Positions 1 through 11,715 of a stretch of 64,000 bases of DNA are shown one piece after another. Origin of the DNA: Monocercomonoides exilis PA203 (Eukaryota; Protista; Preaxostyla); assembly GCA_001643675.2 (NCBI GenBank), contig LSRY02000021.1, positions 1,240,001 to 1,304,000 on the forward strand. The letters run 5' to 3'. The notes under the pieces are model-generated. The model searched no databases, had not been told where the DNA came from, and saw nothing but the letters and a program-made list of their open reading frames with translations. Numbering within the stretch: position 1 is the first letter of the stretch; every line of letters begins with the position of its first letter. A program made the position numbers and the translations under genes.

Positions 1-504
1 CTCTTGAAACTTAACAAAAATGGAAATAATGACACTCACAAGTTTTTTCTTTCATGACAGTGAAATTTGATGAATGGTAACAGAAATGTGATCGAAATAT
101 GAAATTTTTATCTAATTTGAAAATTAAACAAAAGGAACTTTGCAAAAAAATTTAGACATATAGCCTTTCAAACCAATTTTGAATCCCTTTCCAATTTTAA
201 TTCAAATGTTGATATCTGTTTCTCCAGAAAAACAATATTAATCAAAATATTCTCTTCATTCTTTCCATTTTCAACAGCAACAGAAAATTTTCAACAAATC
301 TTATCTGCATTTTTTCAACTATCGTATAGGGAGAATCCAAACTTTTGTAAAAAATTCAAGACAATTTTTTTTTCCTATTCAATTGCATCAAATCGATCCA
401 AACTTAGTGAATGCTTCTCCAAACATCCACCTGTCAAAAGTTATTCCATTATTTTCATCGGTGCAGAAGGTCATGACACTCAATGGCTCAACTCTAAATT
501 AAAT

Positions 505-653
505 GTCTATTTTTTTTTTTTGAAAAGTTTCTTTTGTTTGATTTTCAAATAGAATAAAAATTACTTATTTCGAACAAATATCTGTTTCCACTCACCAAAT
601 TTCTCTGTCACGAAAACAAAAATCTCGAATGATATTCATTTCTAAGAGAATTG
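505..653 (+). mobile_element. Degenerate left part of the ~240-bp foldback MITE family (better-preserved copy at 63224-63723)
   Basis: TTTTTGAAAAGT...TTTTCAAATA..TAAAAATT...TGTTTCCACTCACCAAA...ATTCATT.CTAA aligns by eye with 63224-63375. Confidence 0.6.
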
Positions 654-654
654 T

Positions 655-881
655 ATTTTCCTCAAAATATATCTCACCAATACAAACTCATTTGAAAAAC
701 AATACTTCACTTCAGCTTTATTTGTGCTCAGAAAAAATTAATTTTTTAAAATCTCGGAGAAATAGGATTTTGAGTTTCTCCGAGATTTAAATAATATTTT
801 ATTCTGAGCACAAATGAAACTCCTATGAAAGTTTCGTTTATCAGTTGAGTTTGTATTGGTGAGATATATTTTGAGGAAAAT
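655..881. mobile_element. Small foldback/MITE-like palindrome
   Basis: ATTTTCCTCAAAATATATCTCACCAATACAAACTCA (655-690) is the exact reverse complement of 846-881. Inner pairs TTTGTGCTCAGAA/TTCTGAGCACAAA and ATCTCGGAGAAA/TTTCTCCGAGAT close the hairpin. Confidence 0.8.
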
Positions 882-922
882 CAACAGGATTATTCCTCTT
901 GCGGTTATTGAGATATCGATCT

Positions 923-960
923 TGTCCGGTATTTTGTGCGATGTCCGGTATTTTGTGCGA
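923..960 (+). repeat. Two perfect tandem copies of TGTCCGGTATTTTGTGCGA, followed by a degenerate third
   Basis: Direct reading. Confidence 0.85.
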
Positions 961-969
961 TATCCGTAT

Positions 970-1032
970 TTAAGTGAAATTTATAAACCGAAAATTATAA
1001 ATGAAAAAATTTGTTTTCAAAAATAATCACCC
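970..1032 (-). mobile_element. Terminal fragment of the 255-bp GGGTGATT MITE family
   Basis: AACCGAAAATT...TTTTCAAAAATAATCACCC matches the terminus at 62615-62662. Confidence 0.6.
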
Positions 1033-1284
1033 GCTTTGAATTATATTTGGCGTAACAATTCTTATTATAATGAAAAAATCAAAATTTCAAATTTGATGCT
1101 CTTGCTTTCAATATGTGTTTTTTTGACAGGAAATGTTAGTTGATATTTTTTTGTTACAATTTGTCATTGACAGTCATAGACCTTCAATGACAAAAGGAGT
1201 ATTGATTGATATTTCAGATGCAATCAACGAATATTTTCCAAAGTGCTTAATAAATCTTAAAAAGTTTTTTTTATCGTTGATTGA

Positions 1285-1508
1285 ATTTATTTTTATTTTT
1301 ATTTTTATTTTTATTTTTATTTTTATTTTTATTTTTATTTTTATTTTTATTTTTATTTTTATTTTTATTTTTATTTTTATTTTTATTTTTATTTTTATTT
1401 TTATTTTTATTTTTATTTTTATTTTTATTTTTATTTTTATTTTTATTTTTATTTTTATTTTTATTTTTATTTTTATTTTTATTTTTATTTTTATTTTTAT
1501 TTTTATTT
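1285..1508 (+). repeat. (TTTTTA)n microsatellite
   Basis: Perfect hexamer array; it explains the FI/FL-repeat ORFs. Confidence 0.97.
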
Positions 1509-1867
1509 CAATTTAGTAATTTTTAGTGACAGACATATGATATTATTACTTGTCATGTCACCGAAGAATAATTTTTCTGTGGAATAAATTGCAAATGATG
1601 CAAAATCGTATTTGTTTGAACTTTGTTTCTCACTGATTTATACAATATTTATTTCATTTTTCTATAATTTTTGTTCTGCATTTTTTTGTCACATTACATC
1701 AGACTTATTGTGAATATGATAAAAGAAAAGGTTTGAAAATAATTGTTGTTTTTTCACAAATGCAAAAATAATGTGCCAAATAAAAGACAACGTTTCCATT
1801 AAGCGATGTTTTTCAAAAATACAACGATTCGTGGTTGCTTCATAACAGAAAAATATAAATAATAATT

Positions 1868-1991
1868 GGGTGATTATTTTTGTAATCATATATTTTCATT
1901 CAAAAATTTCGGTTCAAAAATTTCCCTTAAATATAAATTTATGATCATTGAAAAGTGAAAAGACTGATAAAAGACATCTTCATCTTTATAT
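1868..1991 (+). mobile_element. Left half of a 255-bp MITE split by the 6.8-kb insertion
   Basis: Begins GGGTGATTATTTTTG after AATT and aligns with the reverse complement of 62540-62662. Confidence 0.85.
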
Positions 1992-2132
1992 GGGTGATTT
2001 TTTTTGACTTCATAAAAAAAGATCAAAAATCGTAAAAATGAATTCTATTTTGGTAATTTTTGATCAAAGAGTTAAAATGATTTTTTGCATGTATTTAGCA
2101 TTTATTTCTATAATATATATTTATTTTATATA

Positions 2133-3133
2133 GAGTGGTTTTTTTATCCGGACAATTTTTTTTATCCGGACATTTTTTTTTATTGGCGTTTCTCAATAAA
2201 TAAAAACTGAAAATAGAAATAGCATATTGAACCAGGTTTGAATATGTATTAAACGTTCATACGAAAAAAATTTTTTGTCAATTTTTGTTTTTGATGAAGA
2301 TCTTGGGAATTTTTAATTTATTTTTGATCATTTGTTTTGTCCATTTTGGACTATCTTTCTTTTTTTGTTTATTTATAACTACAAGGCCATGAAACACACA
2401 CAATGAAGTTTTATTATTCCAAATGTTTTATGTTTTTTCCTATTTTTTCAGGAGTTTTTCGCATTTCATCGTTTTTGACTAAAATCATGAAAAACTGAAA
2501 ATTCTTAGCGATACTATGATTAGTTGATATTTAAAGTGATGCGCATTAAAAAGAATAATTCTTAAACGATATCTTTATTTGGTCAATACTTTGTGAAATA
2601 TTGTAACAGCAGCTGTATCAATCAATTTTTGATATAAACATATTTGTTCATATCATTTTTGTTTCAATTTAATATGACTAACAAATGAAATATGTAATGT
2701 ATTTTAATCTCTTTAACATGGCATGTTGTAATATTAGTCGTAAAATACAACAACAGATTAGAAATTTTCAGTTTTTCATGATTTTAGTCAAAAACGATGA
2801 AATGCGAAAAACTCCTGAAAAAATAGGAAAAAACATAAAACATTTGGAATAATTAAACTTCATTGTGTGTGTTTCATGGCCTTGTAGTTATAAATAAACA
2901 AAAAAAGAAAGATAGTCCAAAATGGACAAAACAAATGATCAAAAATAAATTAAAAATTCCCAAGATCTTCATCAAAAACAAAAATTGACAAAAAATTTTT
3001 TTCGTATGAACGTTTAATACATATTCAAACCTGGTTCAATATGCTATTTCTATTTTCAGTTTTTATTTATTGAGAAACGCCAATAAAAAAAAATGTCCGG
3101 ATAAAAAAAATTGTCCGGATAAAAAAATCACCC
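2133..3133. mobile_element. 1001-bp foldback element: 371-bp near-identical inverted arms (2133-2503, 2763-3133), 259-bp spacer, TA-flanked
   Basis: Arms are reverse complements with only a few mismatches; each end has two subterminal ATCCGGACA motifs. Confidence 0.92.
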
Positions 3134-4589
3134 TATTTATTGAAAAAAAAACATAACTTTTTTATACTTTTGGTGAAAAAGAATTTTTTGATTGATTTTT
3201 ATAAGAATTAACAAAATATAAATAAATGAATAAAAAAATTTCAAAATATAATGACAAGTTTCATAACTTGTTGAACAAAATAATATATTTTAAATTAAAT
3301 AGATAGATATAAATTCATATAATCGATTTATTCTAAATTGTATTCAATGTGTTTTATATTTATTGATCTGAAACATCATAACCAAATTCCTGTTCCAGTT
3401 GTCCATTTCGATGACTTAAAAAGATAATGAATTTCATGGATGGGAAACAGCAACGGATAATTATCAAAGAGTCAATCTCAACTTTTCTTTCCTAATTATT
3501 CTTATGAAATGATATTCAGGCATTCCTCCCCATCCGTTGCCCGTCTTTTTTCAGTTTCTGCTCCACTTCATCAAAATTCCCCATATGAAAATGTTGCCCA
3601 TATCGTCTTCTTTTACTCCAATATTTTCCTCATTAATCTTTCATAACACAATTTATCGCTTCTCATACGAAAAATCGATCTTGTACCGCTTTTTCTTTGA
3701 ATTCGCTTCGTTCATTTTTTTTGTATCTTCTCTTCTCAGTCAGCTCCCTCTTCCTCAACCACACCTTCATCACCAGTCTCATCTTAAACAACCTCAGCAT
3801 ATTCTATCTCACCTCCCCCACAAACACCCTCTCACATAACTCCTTCAACAAGTCCAGCTGTAACATGAGCAGCGACATCTTGATGCACAGAAACCAGCAA
3901 ACTTCTTGAGTTGAATGATTTTCTTGATAAAAAGATCAGCCAGTTCTGTGTGGTCGAAGAGGTTACCGAAAGAAGAAGAAGAAGATAAAGAAGATAAAGA
4001 AGAAGATGATGATAACGACGATAATGTCGAGGAAGATGAGGAAGATGAAGACGAGGATGAGGATGAAAAAGATGAAAACGAAAAAGAGGAGGAGGAGGAA
4101 GGAGAGAAGAGGGGAAGGCGATGGTGGATGTGTAGGTGGGGAAAGAGAGGGTGAAGTGAAGTGAAGAGGAAGATGAAGAATATAATTTTGCAGAAGAAAA
4201 AGAAGATGAAGGAAAAAGTGTATTTGCTAATAAATATAATGGAAATATTATAGGCTCTTTATTCAACTGAAAGTGACAAACAGATAGGAACATGGAAATG
4301 CTGGGGAAGAGTTGGAAACAGGCAGATCTTTCAATTTTCTCTCAAAATGTGCGGATTTATCAGATTTTGGACACATCTTCACTCTTCTCTTTTGGAATAT
4401 TCGCTTTGAATAAAGGAAAATCTAAAATATTCTCGAACTTTGACAGATGCTCTTCTTCCATTTCCTCTATTCATTCTTCTTTCTTCTTCGTCTTCTTCAA
4501 TTGGAGCAGCACGCTGATCAACTTTACCATTCCGGAGGCTGAGAAGTGAAGAGAAGAAGGCGGTAGGAGATAATAAATCATTATCATCT

Positions 4590-5777
4590 TCGTCGGAGCC
4601 TGTGATTGACCCTTCGATTGCCTCGGCGGTGGCTGCGTCATAACATATGTTGCAGATATGGAAGACGTCAAGAGGCAGCTGAAGAAAATGCAAACACAAG
4701 AAGCTGTTTCTGAGAGCGCTGTGGACGCTTTGAGAGATTTAGAACGATACAGCTGACTATGCTGGATGGGGGTGTTGTGTGTGCCTACTATGTGGGGCTT
4801 TCGGTGATGCTTTTGGTTCCGCTGGTGGCGCAGCTTCTGTGGCTTGCAGCGTCTGTGGGAACGAAGCCAGAGGGAAAGCAAAATTTTGTGTCGGCTGTAT
4901 GAATGCGTTCATTTCGATCTACGATCAGTTTGACCCTTCACTGCAAATATGGCGATCGCAATAGTCGATGCGTGTGGTGGTGAAGCTGGACGACGAAGTG
5001 ATGGGGCGAGGGGTTGCAGTGTGTGAAGTGGGGGAGATTGTGGAGAAGGGGCTGTCTGCGGTGGGGCTGAGGATGGAGGATGTGGTTCTGTTGCCAGCAG
5101 CGATTGCGCTGGCAGAGCTGGAGGAACTCGAAGAGGCAGAGGAAGGAGAAAGGTGAAACAAAGAGGGAGGTGATGGGAATGAGGAGAAAGGCAGGCATCC
5201 GACAGCGCACAAATAGTTTGTGGAGAGAATCAAAGAGAACCAGGGGAAGCTGGAAGAAGCGATGGCGCCGTTGATTGTGAAGGCGCTTGGGCTGAGTGGG
5301 CTGAGGTTTGTGAAGGCAGAGGTTGAGGCTGGCGCAGACAAGCAGCATTCAGTGGAACCAGAAGTGTGCAGTTCTTCTCCATCTGATGGCATCCAACAGG
5401 AGATATCAAGAGCAGAAAAAGAAGCAGCAGATGGATCTTTGAGTATAGCTTCAGATGGAAGAGAAGAAAATGTGGGGAAAGATGAGGAACAGGTGGAAAT
5501 GTCTACGAATGATTTGGGGATGAATGAGGAGTCAAGGAGAGAGGGTGGTTTCATTGATTTGGAGAATGATTTGGAAAAGGAAGAGGAAGAGGAAGAAGAA
5601 GAAGAAGAAAAAGAAGAAGAAAAAGAAGAAGAAAAAGAAGAAGAAAAAGAAGAAGAAAAAGAAGAAGAAAAAGAAGAAGGAGAAGGAGAAGGAAAAGAAG
5701 GAGAAGTGATTGAAGATGACGAGTCAGAAAATGAAAATGCTGAGAAAGTGAATAGCGTTTCAATAATTTGTTGTTAA
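4590..5777 (+). pseudogene. Decayed gene with a CxxC-x9-CxxC zinc ribbon and an acidic C-terminus
   Basis: ORFs 4779-4964, 4968-5156 and 5220-5777 share one frame broken only by single TAG/TGA stops; contains CLLC and CSVCGNEARGKAKFCVGC. Confidence 0.6.
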
Positions 5778-5899
5778 ATCATTCTATGATTTTCAATTTC
5801 AGGTGGAAAATCAAAACAAAACGTTGATAGTGTCTTAACGGGCTTATTCTTCGTAAAAGTTCATTTCAATTTCTCTTTTGAAAAACATTCATACTAAGC

Positions 5900-8400
5900 C
5901 TTTCGAATGTCTGCCAAATCCATCTCCTCTCCGTTGTCTTCCTTCTTCCTCACCAACCACAGGAATCCCCTAGCGAGCCACATATGCTGCCCTGTTCAGC
6001 AAGAGCTCTGCATATCAAGCGCATCCCTCGTTGCTGACGCGATGCTGCTCGTAAACACATACGTATTGGATTGTCTGTTCTTCCCGAGAATCGCACGAGG
6101 TATTGGCACAGTTTCTTGAGGTTGAAGCGAGAAGGTGGAAATTGATGAGGAGAAGAAGAAGGAGGAAATAGAATGACAAGGAGATGCAGTAACAAAGATT
6201 GAGCTGGATTTACAGATGGATTTCTGTGGGAGTGAACAGAGGTCAGTGGCAAGAGGCGACTGAGTGAGCAGCTTTGGTGGTGCGTATCAAGAACAGGAGA
6301 GACAAACAATTGGATGCGGTGCAAGCAAGATAAAGAAGTGGAAGCAATTGCTGAAGAGGATGTACTGCTTGAGTGTGCAGCTGGGCATATGAGAATATGC
6401 TGTCGAACCAATAAAAAATGTCTGCGGATGTTCATCTTCATCATCACCTCCTTCTTCTCTTCCCCTTCACATTTCTTTCCGTTGCTGCCTGTGCAACTTT
6501 TGTGTCGAAAGCTTCATTTTAAAATGAGTAAAAAACTTGTCTTTCTTTTTCGTCTTCATCTTTATCTTTGGCTCTTCCTGTTGCCTCCCTTTGCTCTGCT
6601 CCACGCTCATTTTTCTAATGAAATCAGCTTTCTTGCATCTTCCATTTGAATACGCGCTTCTCAATAATCGCTCATTGGTGATGTTTCAAAGCGAGAATAT
6701 AAACGAAATGTGCCTGGGAGCTCCTTCTCCCTTCGACTGATATTTCTCATGCAATGCCCATTCACTTCATTCTCTCCGTTCAGCACAACCTGAGCGCGGA
6801 AGCCGTATGAAGCTCTGACGCAGAGTTGAATGTGCTTCTGCGGAAGATGAAAACAGTTTCGATGCATATCCTGCAATCCAACAAACAAATCGACAGCGAT
6901 GATGACGTTGAGAGCAGGAAAAGTGAATGAAATAATTCATGGCTGGTAAAATCGAACAGCTGATTGAACAGTTGAAGTTCGTTGGAAAAAAGATGGAATG
7001 ATATAATACGAAGTGAGCTTAAATATCACAGAAGAAGAAGAAGAAAGAAAAGAAGACGAGGCTATGGAGAAATGTGAAACTAGTCGAATTGATTTTGTGA
7101 AGTAGAAAATAATTTGTTTGAATTCGTTGATTGGACCTTATATTGAATTTGATGAATTGATTTTTGAAAGAGCTAACAATCGTTATCACAATATTTGAAA
7201 AAGGCAAAAGGAAATTGGTTGATGAAAAATAGTATTCTCAGTTCGTTGACTGAATTTTTGCAATTGTTCTGCCCTTCAGTGAGAAACAAAAAATGAAGAT
7301 ATTTCTCAATTTCTTTTCCTTTCCATTTTTCCTCTTCCGCTCAGCTCACAAACTTCTCTGAAAATATCAATTCCCTTCCTTTTCTTCATCTTTTTCATTC
7401 TCTTCCATGAAATATTCTTCTCCTCTCATAAAAGTTACCCCTCTTCGATCTAACATTTCGCAATATCCCTCTTCTCATCGGCTTTCACCCTCTTTTCCTT
7501 TTTTTCAAATTCCATATCTCCCATCAAAAATAAACACCTTCCTCATCATCCCCAGTCACTTCCATATATATTTACTACATTTTCCTCTACAAATCTCCAC
7601 TTGCTCTTCTCCACCCCCTTTGTCTCAGAATTTCTTTCATTCAAAAACCCCTCTCGAAATATTAACATTCAAAAATATACTCAACTCCCACCCCCTGCCA
7701 CAAAAAATATTCTTCCATCTCTTCTCTGCCCCATATCTCTCCTATGCATAGTGTTGATGAGATAAACGAGATATAATTCTTTGGATTGTTGAGAATATTA
7801 TTAAAGGAGATGATCATGCCAAAAACAGAAAAAACACCTCTGCACATCAATCACAATGTGTATGGGCTGAGAAAACCCTTCTGTGAGATACACGATATAT
7901 TTTGTGAAGATGCATTCCGTGCTGTATTCAACCATTCTGGTGCTGAAATGAAGAGATTGAGTTTTTGAATGATGATGGCTGTGGAAATATGCATTCTGGA
8001 AAAAAACAGTCGATGAGCAGTCTGGTATTTATTTTTTTTTTATTTATATGAATATTAGCCTGTTGACTGTTTTTGTGTTTCTTTCATGGCAGGAGGCGGA
8101 AATGAATGAAAATGAATGAAAGCTGGATATTTCGTTGGGCAGACTTAACATCGAATTGGGAGAGCGAATTCAAACGAAAAGTGCCCAGGGTGAAGGTATT
8201 GGGAAGGAAATTGGAGATTATAATTTATTACGAAAAACAGGACGTTTAAAAATTTGAAAGAATAAATAAAAGAGAAAACGCAAATCTCAAAATTTAACAG
8301 AAGATCTAGAAATTGACGCATTTGGATGAGATAAGGCTATTGAAAAGGTAGGTCAGCGATTCAGATGATGAAACACTTGAAAATTGATTGGTTTCACTAA
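5900..8400. pseudogene. Further decayed coding-like cargo of the 6.8-kb element, unassigned
   Basis: GC content clearly above the flanks, many short broken ORFs on both strands, no recognisable domain. Confidence 0.35.
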
Positions 8401-8770
8401 ATATTTATCGATTTCAACTTTTCTTATTTTATCCTTTTTCAATACATCATAAATCTTATTTTCATATTAAAAATTGATTGATTACGTATTGTTATTATTG
8501 TTTTTATGTTTTTCAAACCTGTAAACATTTGTTTTGTTCTGTAAAATTTATTTTCGAAATTTTCAATGCTTTTTTATTTTTTTTTCAAAATAAGAAATTA
8601 AAACAATAAGAAACAAATTTAAATTAATTTATAAACAACAACAACCATATATAAAGCAATATGTTTGAATGATCACCTCTTTCATTTTTCTTTTTTAAGC
8701 AACCCTTAATGAAATTAATTTTTGATCAAACTTCGGAATTTTTTATGATTTCAAAAAAAATCACCCATAT

Positions 8771-8901
8771 AAGGATTTTCATTTGTTTTTTAAGAAGTTG
8801 TGATGAGTTTTTCGTCGGAATACAAAATCTCTTACCAACAACAAACAAACTTTAAGAAAATAACATCGCGAAAAAAGTTATGATTTCAAAAATAATGACC
8901 C
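8771..8901 (+). mobile_element. Right half of the split 255-bp MITE
   Basis: Ends TTTCAAAAATAATGACCC followed by AATT and aligns with the reverse complement of 62408-62540. Confidence 0.85.
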
Positions 8902-9137
8902 AATTGTGTATTAAAATTGAAAACAAAAGATTATCAATAAGAAAAAACAAAACATTTCTCTATTTTTTTCTTTATTTTTATAAAAGTTATGAATTGGTCT
9001 ATTTTTTTGTTCCACACATTAAAACTTAACTTTCACAAATTTTACTTTTATTTTAAATGTGAAAATGATTAATTATTTTCTTTGCAACGTGATCATGAAA
9101 GTGGATATAATGGTTTTGATCAAACATTTTGTTGGAA

Positions 9138-11715
9138 ATGAAGCGATTGTTTTTGATTGTTGCAATGCTGGGGATGGTTATGAGCGAGGGGAGGTTTGCA
9201 ATTAAATATTATCATTTTCAATATACTTTATATTTTTAACAGTGAAGTTAAGGAGTCCTCTGACGTTACTTCAATTGAATTTTCGGCTGATATCTCTCGA
9301 TTGATGAAGCTGATCGTGAACTCTCTTTACTCAAATAAAGAAATTTTCTTGCGAGAGTTAATTTCTAACTGTGCTGATGCACTAAATAAAGTTAAGATTG
9401 AGTCACAAGTGAACCCTGAAGTTCTTGGAGAAGGAGATATGGCCAAATTGGAGATCACTGTGATCCCAGATGAAGATGAAGAAACACTTACAATTATCGA
9501 TACAGGTATTGGTATGGATAAAGATGAACTTATCCAGAATCTTGGTACCGTTGCTCATTCTGGAACATTCAAATTCTTCGAGGCTGTTGCAAATGGTACG
9601 ATGGATGCTGACCTGATTGGACAATTTGGTGTTGGGTTTTATTCAAGCTATCTTGTTGCAGATAAAGTGGTTGTTACATCTAAGAGGCATAACAGCACAC
9701 AGAATATTTGGACAAGTACAGGTACATCTTCGTTTACAGTGGAAGAAGACACAAAAGGAGAAAATCTTCATCGAGGAACAAAAGTTAAACTGTTCTTGAA
9801 AGAAAAAGAAATTCAATATGCGAATACTACAAGAGTCAGAGATATTATCATGAAGTATTCACAATTTATTGATTTCCCAATTTTCCTTCGAGTTGAGCAA
9901 GAAGATAAGAACTACAGATCTGCATCAGATGATGATGAAGATAATCCAGAGCCAGATTTGGAATATGTTGAACCAGTATATGAATACGAACATGTAAACT
10001 TAGAGCCAGCAATTTGGCTGAGAGATCCAAATGAAGAAATTGCAGACGGTGATTACATTGCTTTCTTCCACACTATCGCTCCAGAATTTGCAGAAGATCC
10101 AAGGATCTGGACCCATTTCCATCAAACGATTGATTGCGATTTTAAGTCTATCCTGTTTATTCCAGGATCAATTCCAAAACTTGGATTTGCTGCGAATGAT
10201 CGTAGATTTACTCACATCAGATTGTACATCCATCGTGTACTGATCACCGAGCAGCTGGAGAACTTTTTGCCTCGCTATCTTAACTTTGTGCGTGGTGTTG
10301 TTGATTCAGAAGATTTGCCACTTAATGTGTCTCGAGAAATGCTCCAAGAAACAAAGGCCATGCGTATGATTGCAAGAAAAATTGTGAGAAAAATTATCCA
10401 AATGATGAACGAGATTGCGGAACGCAGCAAAGATAGCGAAGAAGACGAAGATCCATATCTTACGTTCTATCGTGACTTTGGTTCACAAATTAAGATTGGA
10501 TGCATTGAAGATCATGACAACAGGAAAAAATTGGCAAAATTGCTTCGATTCAACACAACGGAGCACGAAGAATATCCAATTTCACTTGATGATTACATTG
10601 CAAACATGAAGCCAGATCAAAAATACATTTATTACATCGCTGGAGATCCAACAGTTACAACAATCACAAAGTCGCCGTTTTTGATTCCATTAAAGAAGAA
10701 GGGATATGAAGTGTTGTTCTTCCCTGAAACAATTGATGAGGCTATGGCAAAAGAGATGCGAACGTACGATGGCCGCCCGTTCGAGTCAATCACCCAATCA
10801 AATTCGAATAAAGCCGAATCAGATAAAGAGAAACAAAGATTGAAGGAATGGAAGAAAGAATTCAGACCATTGACAAACTGGTTTAAGAAGTTGCTGAAAT
10901 CAAATGTTACACGCGTTGAAATTTCAACTAGATTAGCAGTTGATACAACTTCACCATGCGTTCTTTCATCTGCTGAAGGCTCTGTGTCACCACAGTTAGC
11001 TGAAATGATCAGAGCACAAGAGGAAAGATTAAACCAAAAAGCTCAATACGAAGAGAAGAAAGTTCTTGAGCTTAATCCAAGAAGCGATTTGATTAAAAGA
11101 ATGAATTATGCTCTTCAAACCGCAAAGGACAAACGCGATCAGGAGAAATTGGAGAAACTTGGAAGAATGATGTTTGAGACAGCTATGTTAGATAATGGGT
11201 ATCACATTGAAGATGCCACCGTATATGCTGATCACGTGTTTGAGATCATGACAAAGATGACTGGACTGCCTCACGCACCAGTTATGCCAGATGACTTTAT
11301 GTTCGATTTCGAGAAGATGAGACAGCAGGAAGAAGAAGAAGAACTGGCCGCTTTGAGAGCAGAGAAAGCAGAGAAGAGACGCAAATTGCGCGAAGAGAAG
11401 CGTCGCCTGGCAAGAGAAGCTGGATTATCTGAAGATTCAATCGACGAGTCAGAATTTGCTGAAGATAAGCCTTTGGATGAACAGGAAGAATTGTTCCAAG
11501 AATTGGAGAAGGGTGTTGGACCAACTAAAGCCGATGAGGAATACTTCAAGGAGTTGCACGTCGAGGATATTGATGATAAACGCGATCGTGAGCTTGCTGA
11601 AAGAAAGGCTAAAAGAGAAAAACGTCGGAGGCAAATGGAGAAAGACAGAAAGCGAAAGGAAGAAGAGGCAAAACGTAAACGCAGAGGAAGAGGCGATGAT
11701 GATGACGATGATTAG
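9138..11715 (+). CDS. HSP90B1: ER-type Hsp90 (GRP94/endoplasmin); exon 1 9138-9193, intron 9194-9242
   Basis: Signal peptide MKRLFLIVAMLGMVMS; motifs NKEIFLRELISN, DTGIGM, IGQFGVGFYS, GVVDSEDLPLNVSRE; no cytosolic MEEVD. Confidence 0.93.

Larger units (their letters stand above)
1992..8766. mobile_element. 6775-bp TIR DNA transposon, non-autonomous or decayed, with coding-like cargo
   Basis: ~28-bp TIRs GGGTGATTTTTTTTGA(CT/AA)TCATAAAAAA; ATAT duplicated at 1988-1991 and 8767-8770. Removing it rejoins 1868-1991 to 8771-8901 into a 255-bp MITE. Confidence 0.8.

Noticed and set aside
923-965. CRISPR-like repeat
   Set aside because: Only two adjacent copies, no spacers, eukaryotic context.
1133-1526. 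ORFs with long FI/FL dipeptide runs
   Set aside because: They are translations of the (TTTTTA)n microsatellite.
1170-1560. Possible MULE transposase traces (DAINEYFPKC; VIFSDRH)
   Set aside because: The motifs are very short, in the wrong order and separated by a microsatellite, so they cannot be distinguished from chance.
4590-5777. Alternative genetic code (TAR=Gln, known in some oxymonads) to explain the in-frame stops
   Set aside because: TGA also interrupts the frame, conserved genes here end in TAA/TAG, and long ORFs contain no internal TAR.
9196-9242. ORF-track N-terminus of Hsp90 (MQLNIIIFN...)
   Set aside because: It is intron sequence; the real start is ATG 9138, which encodes a signal peptide.
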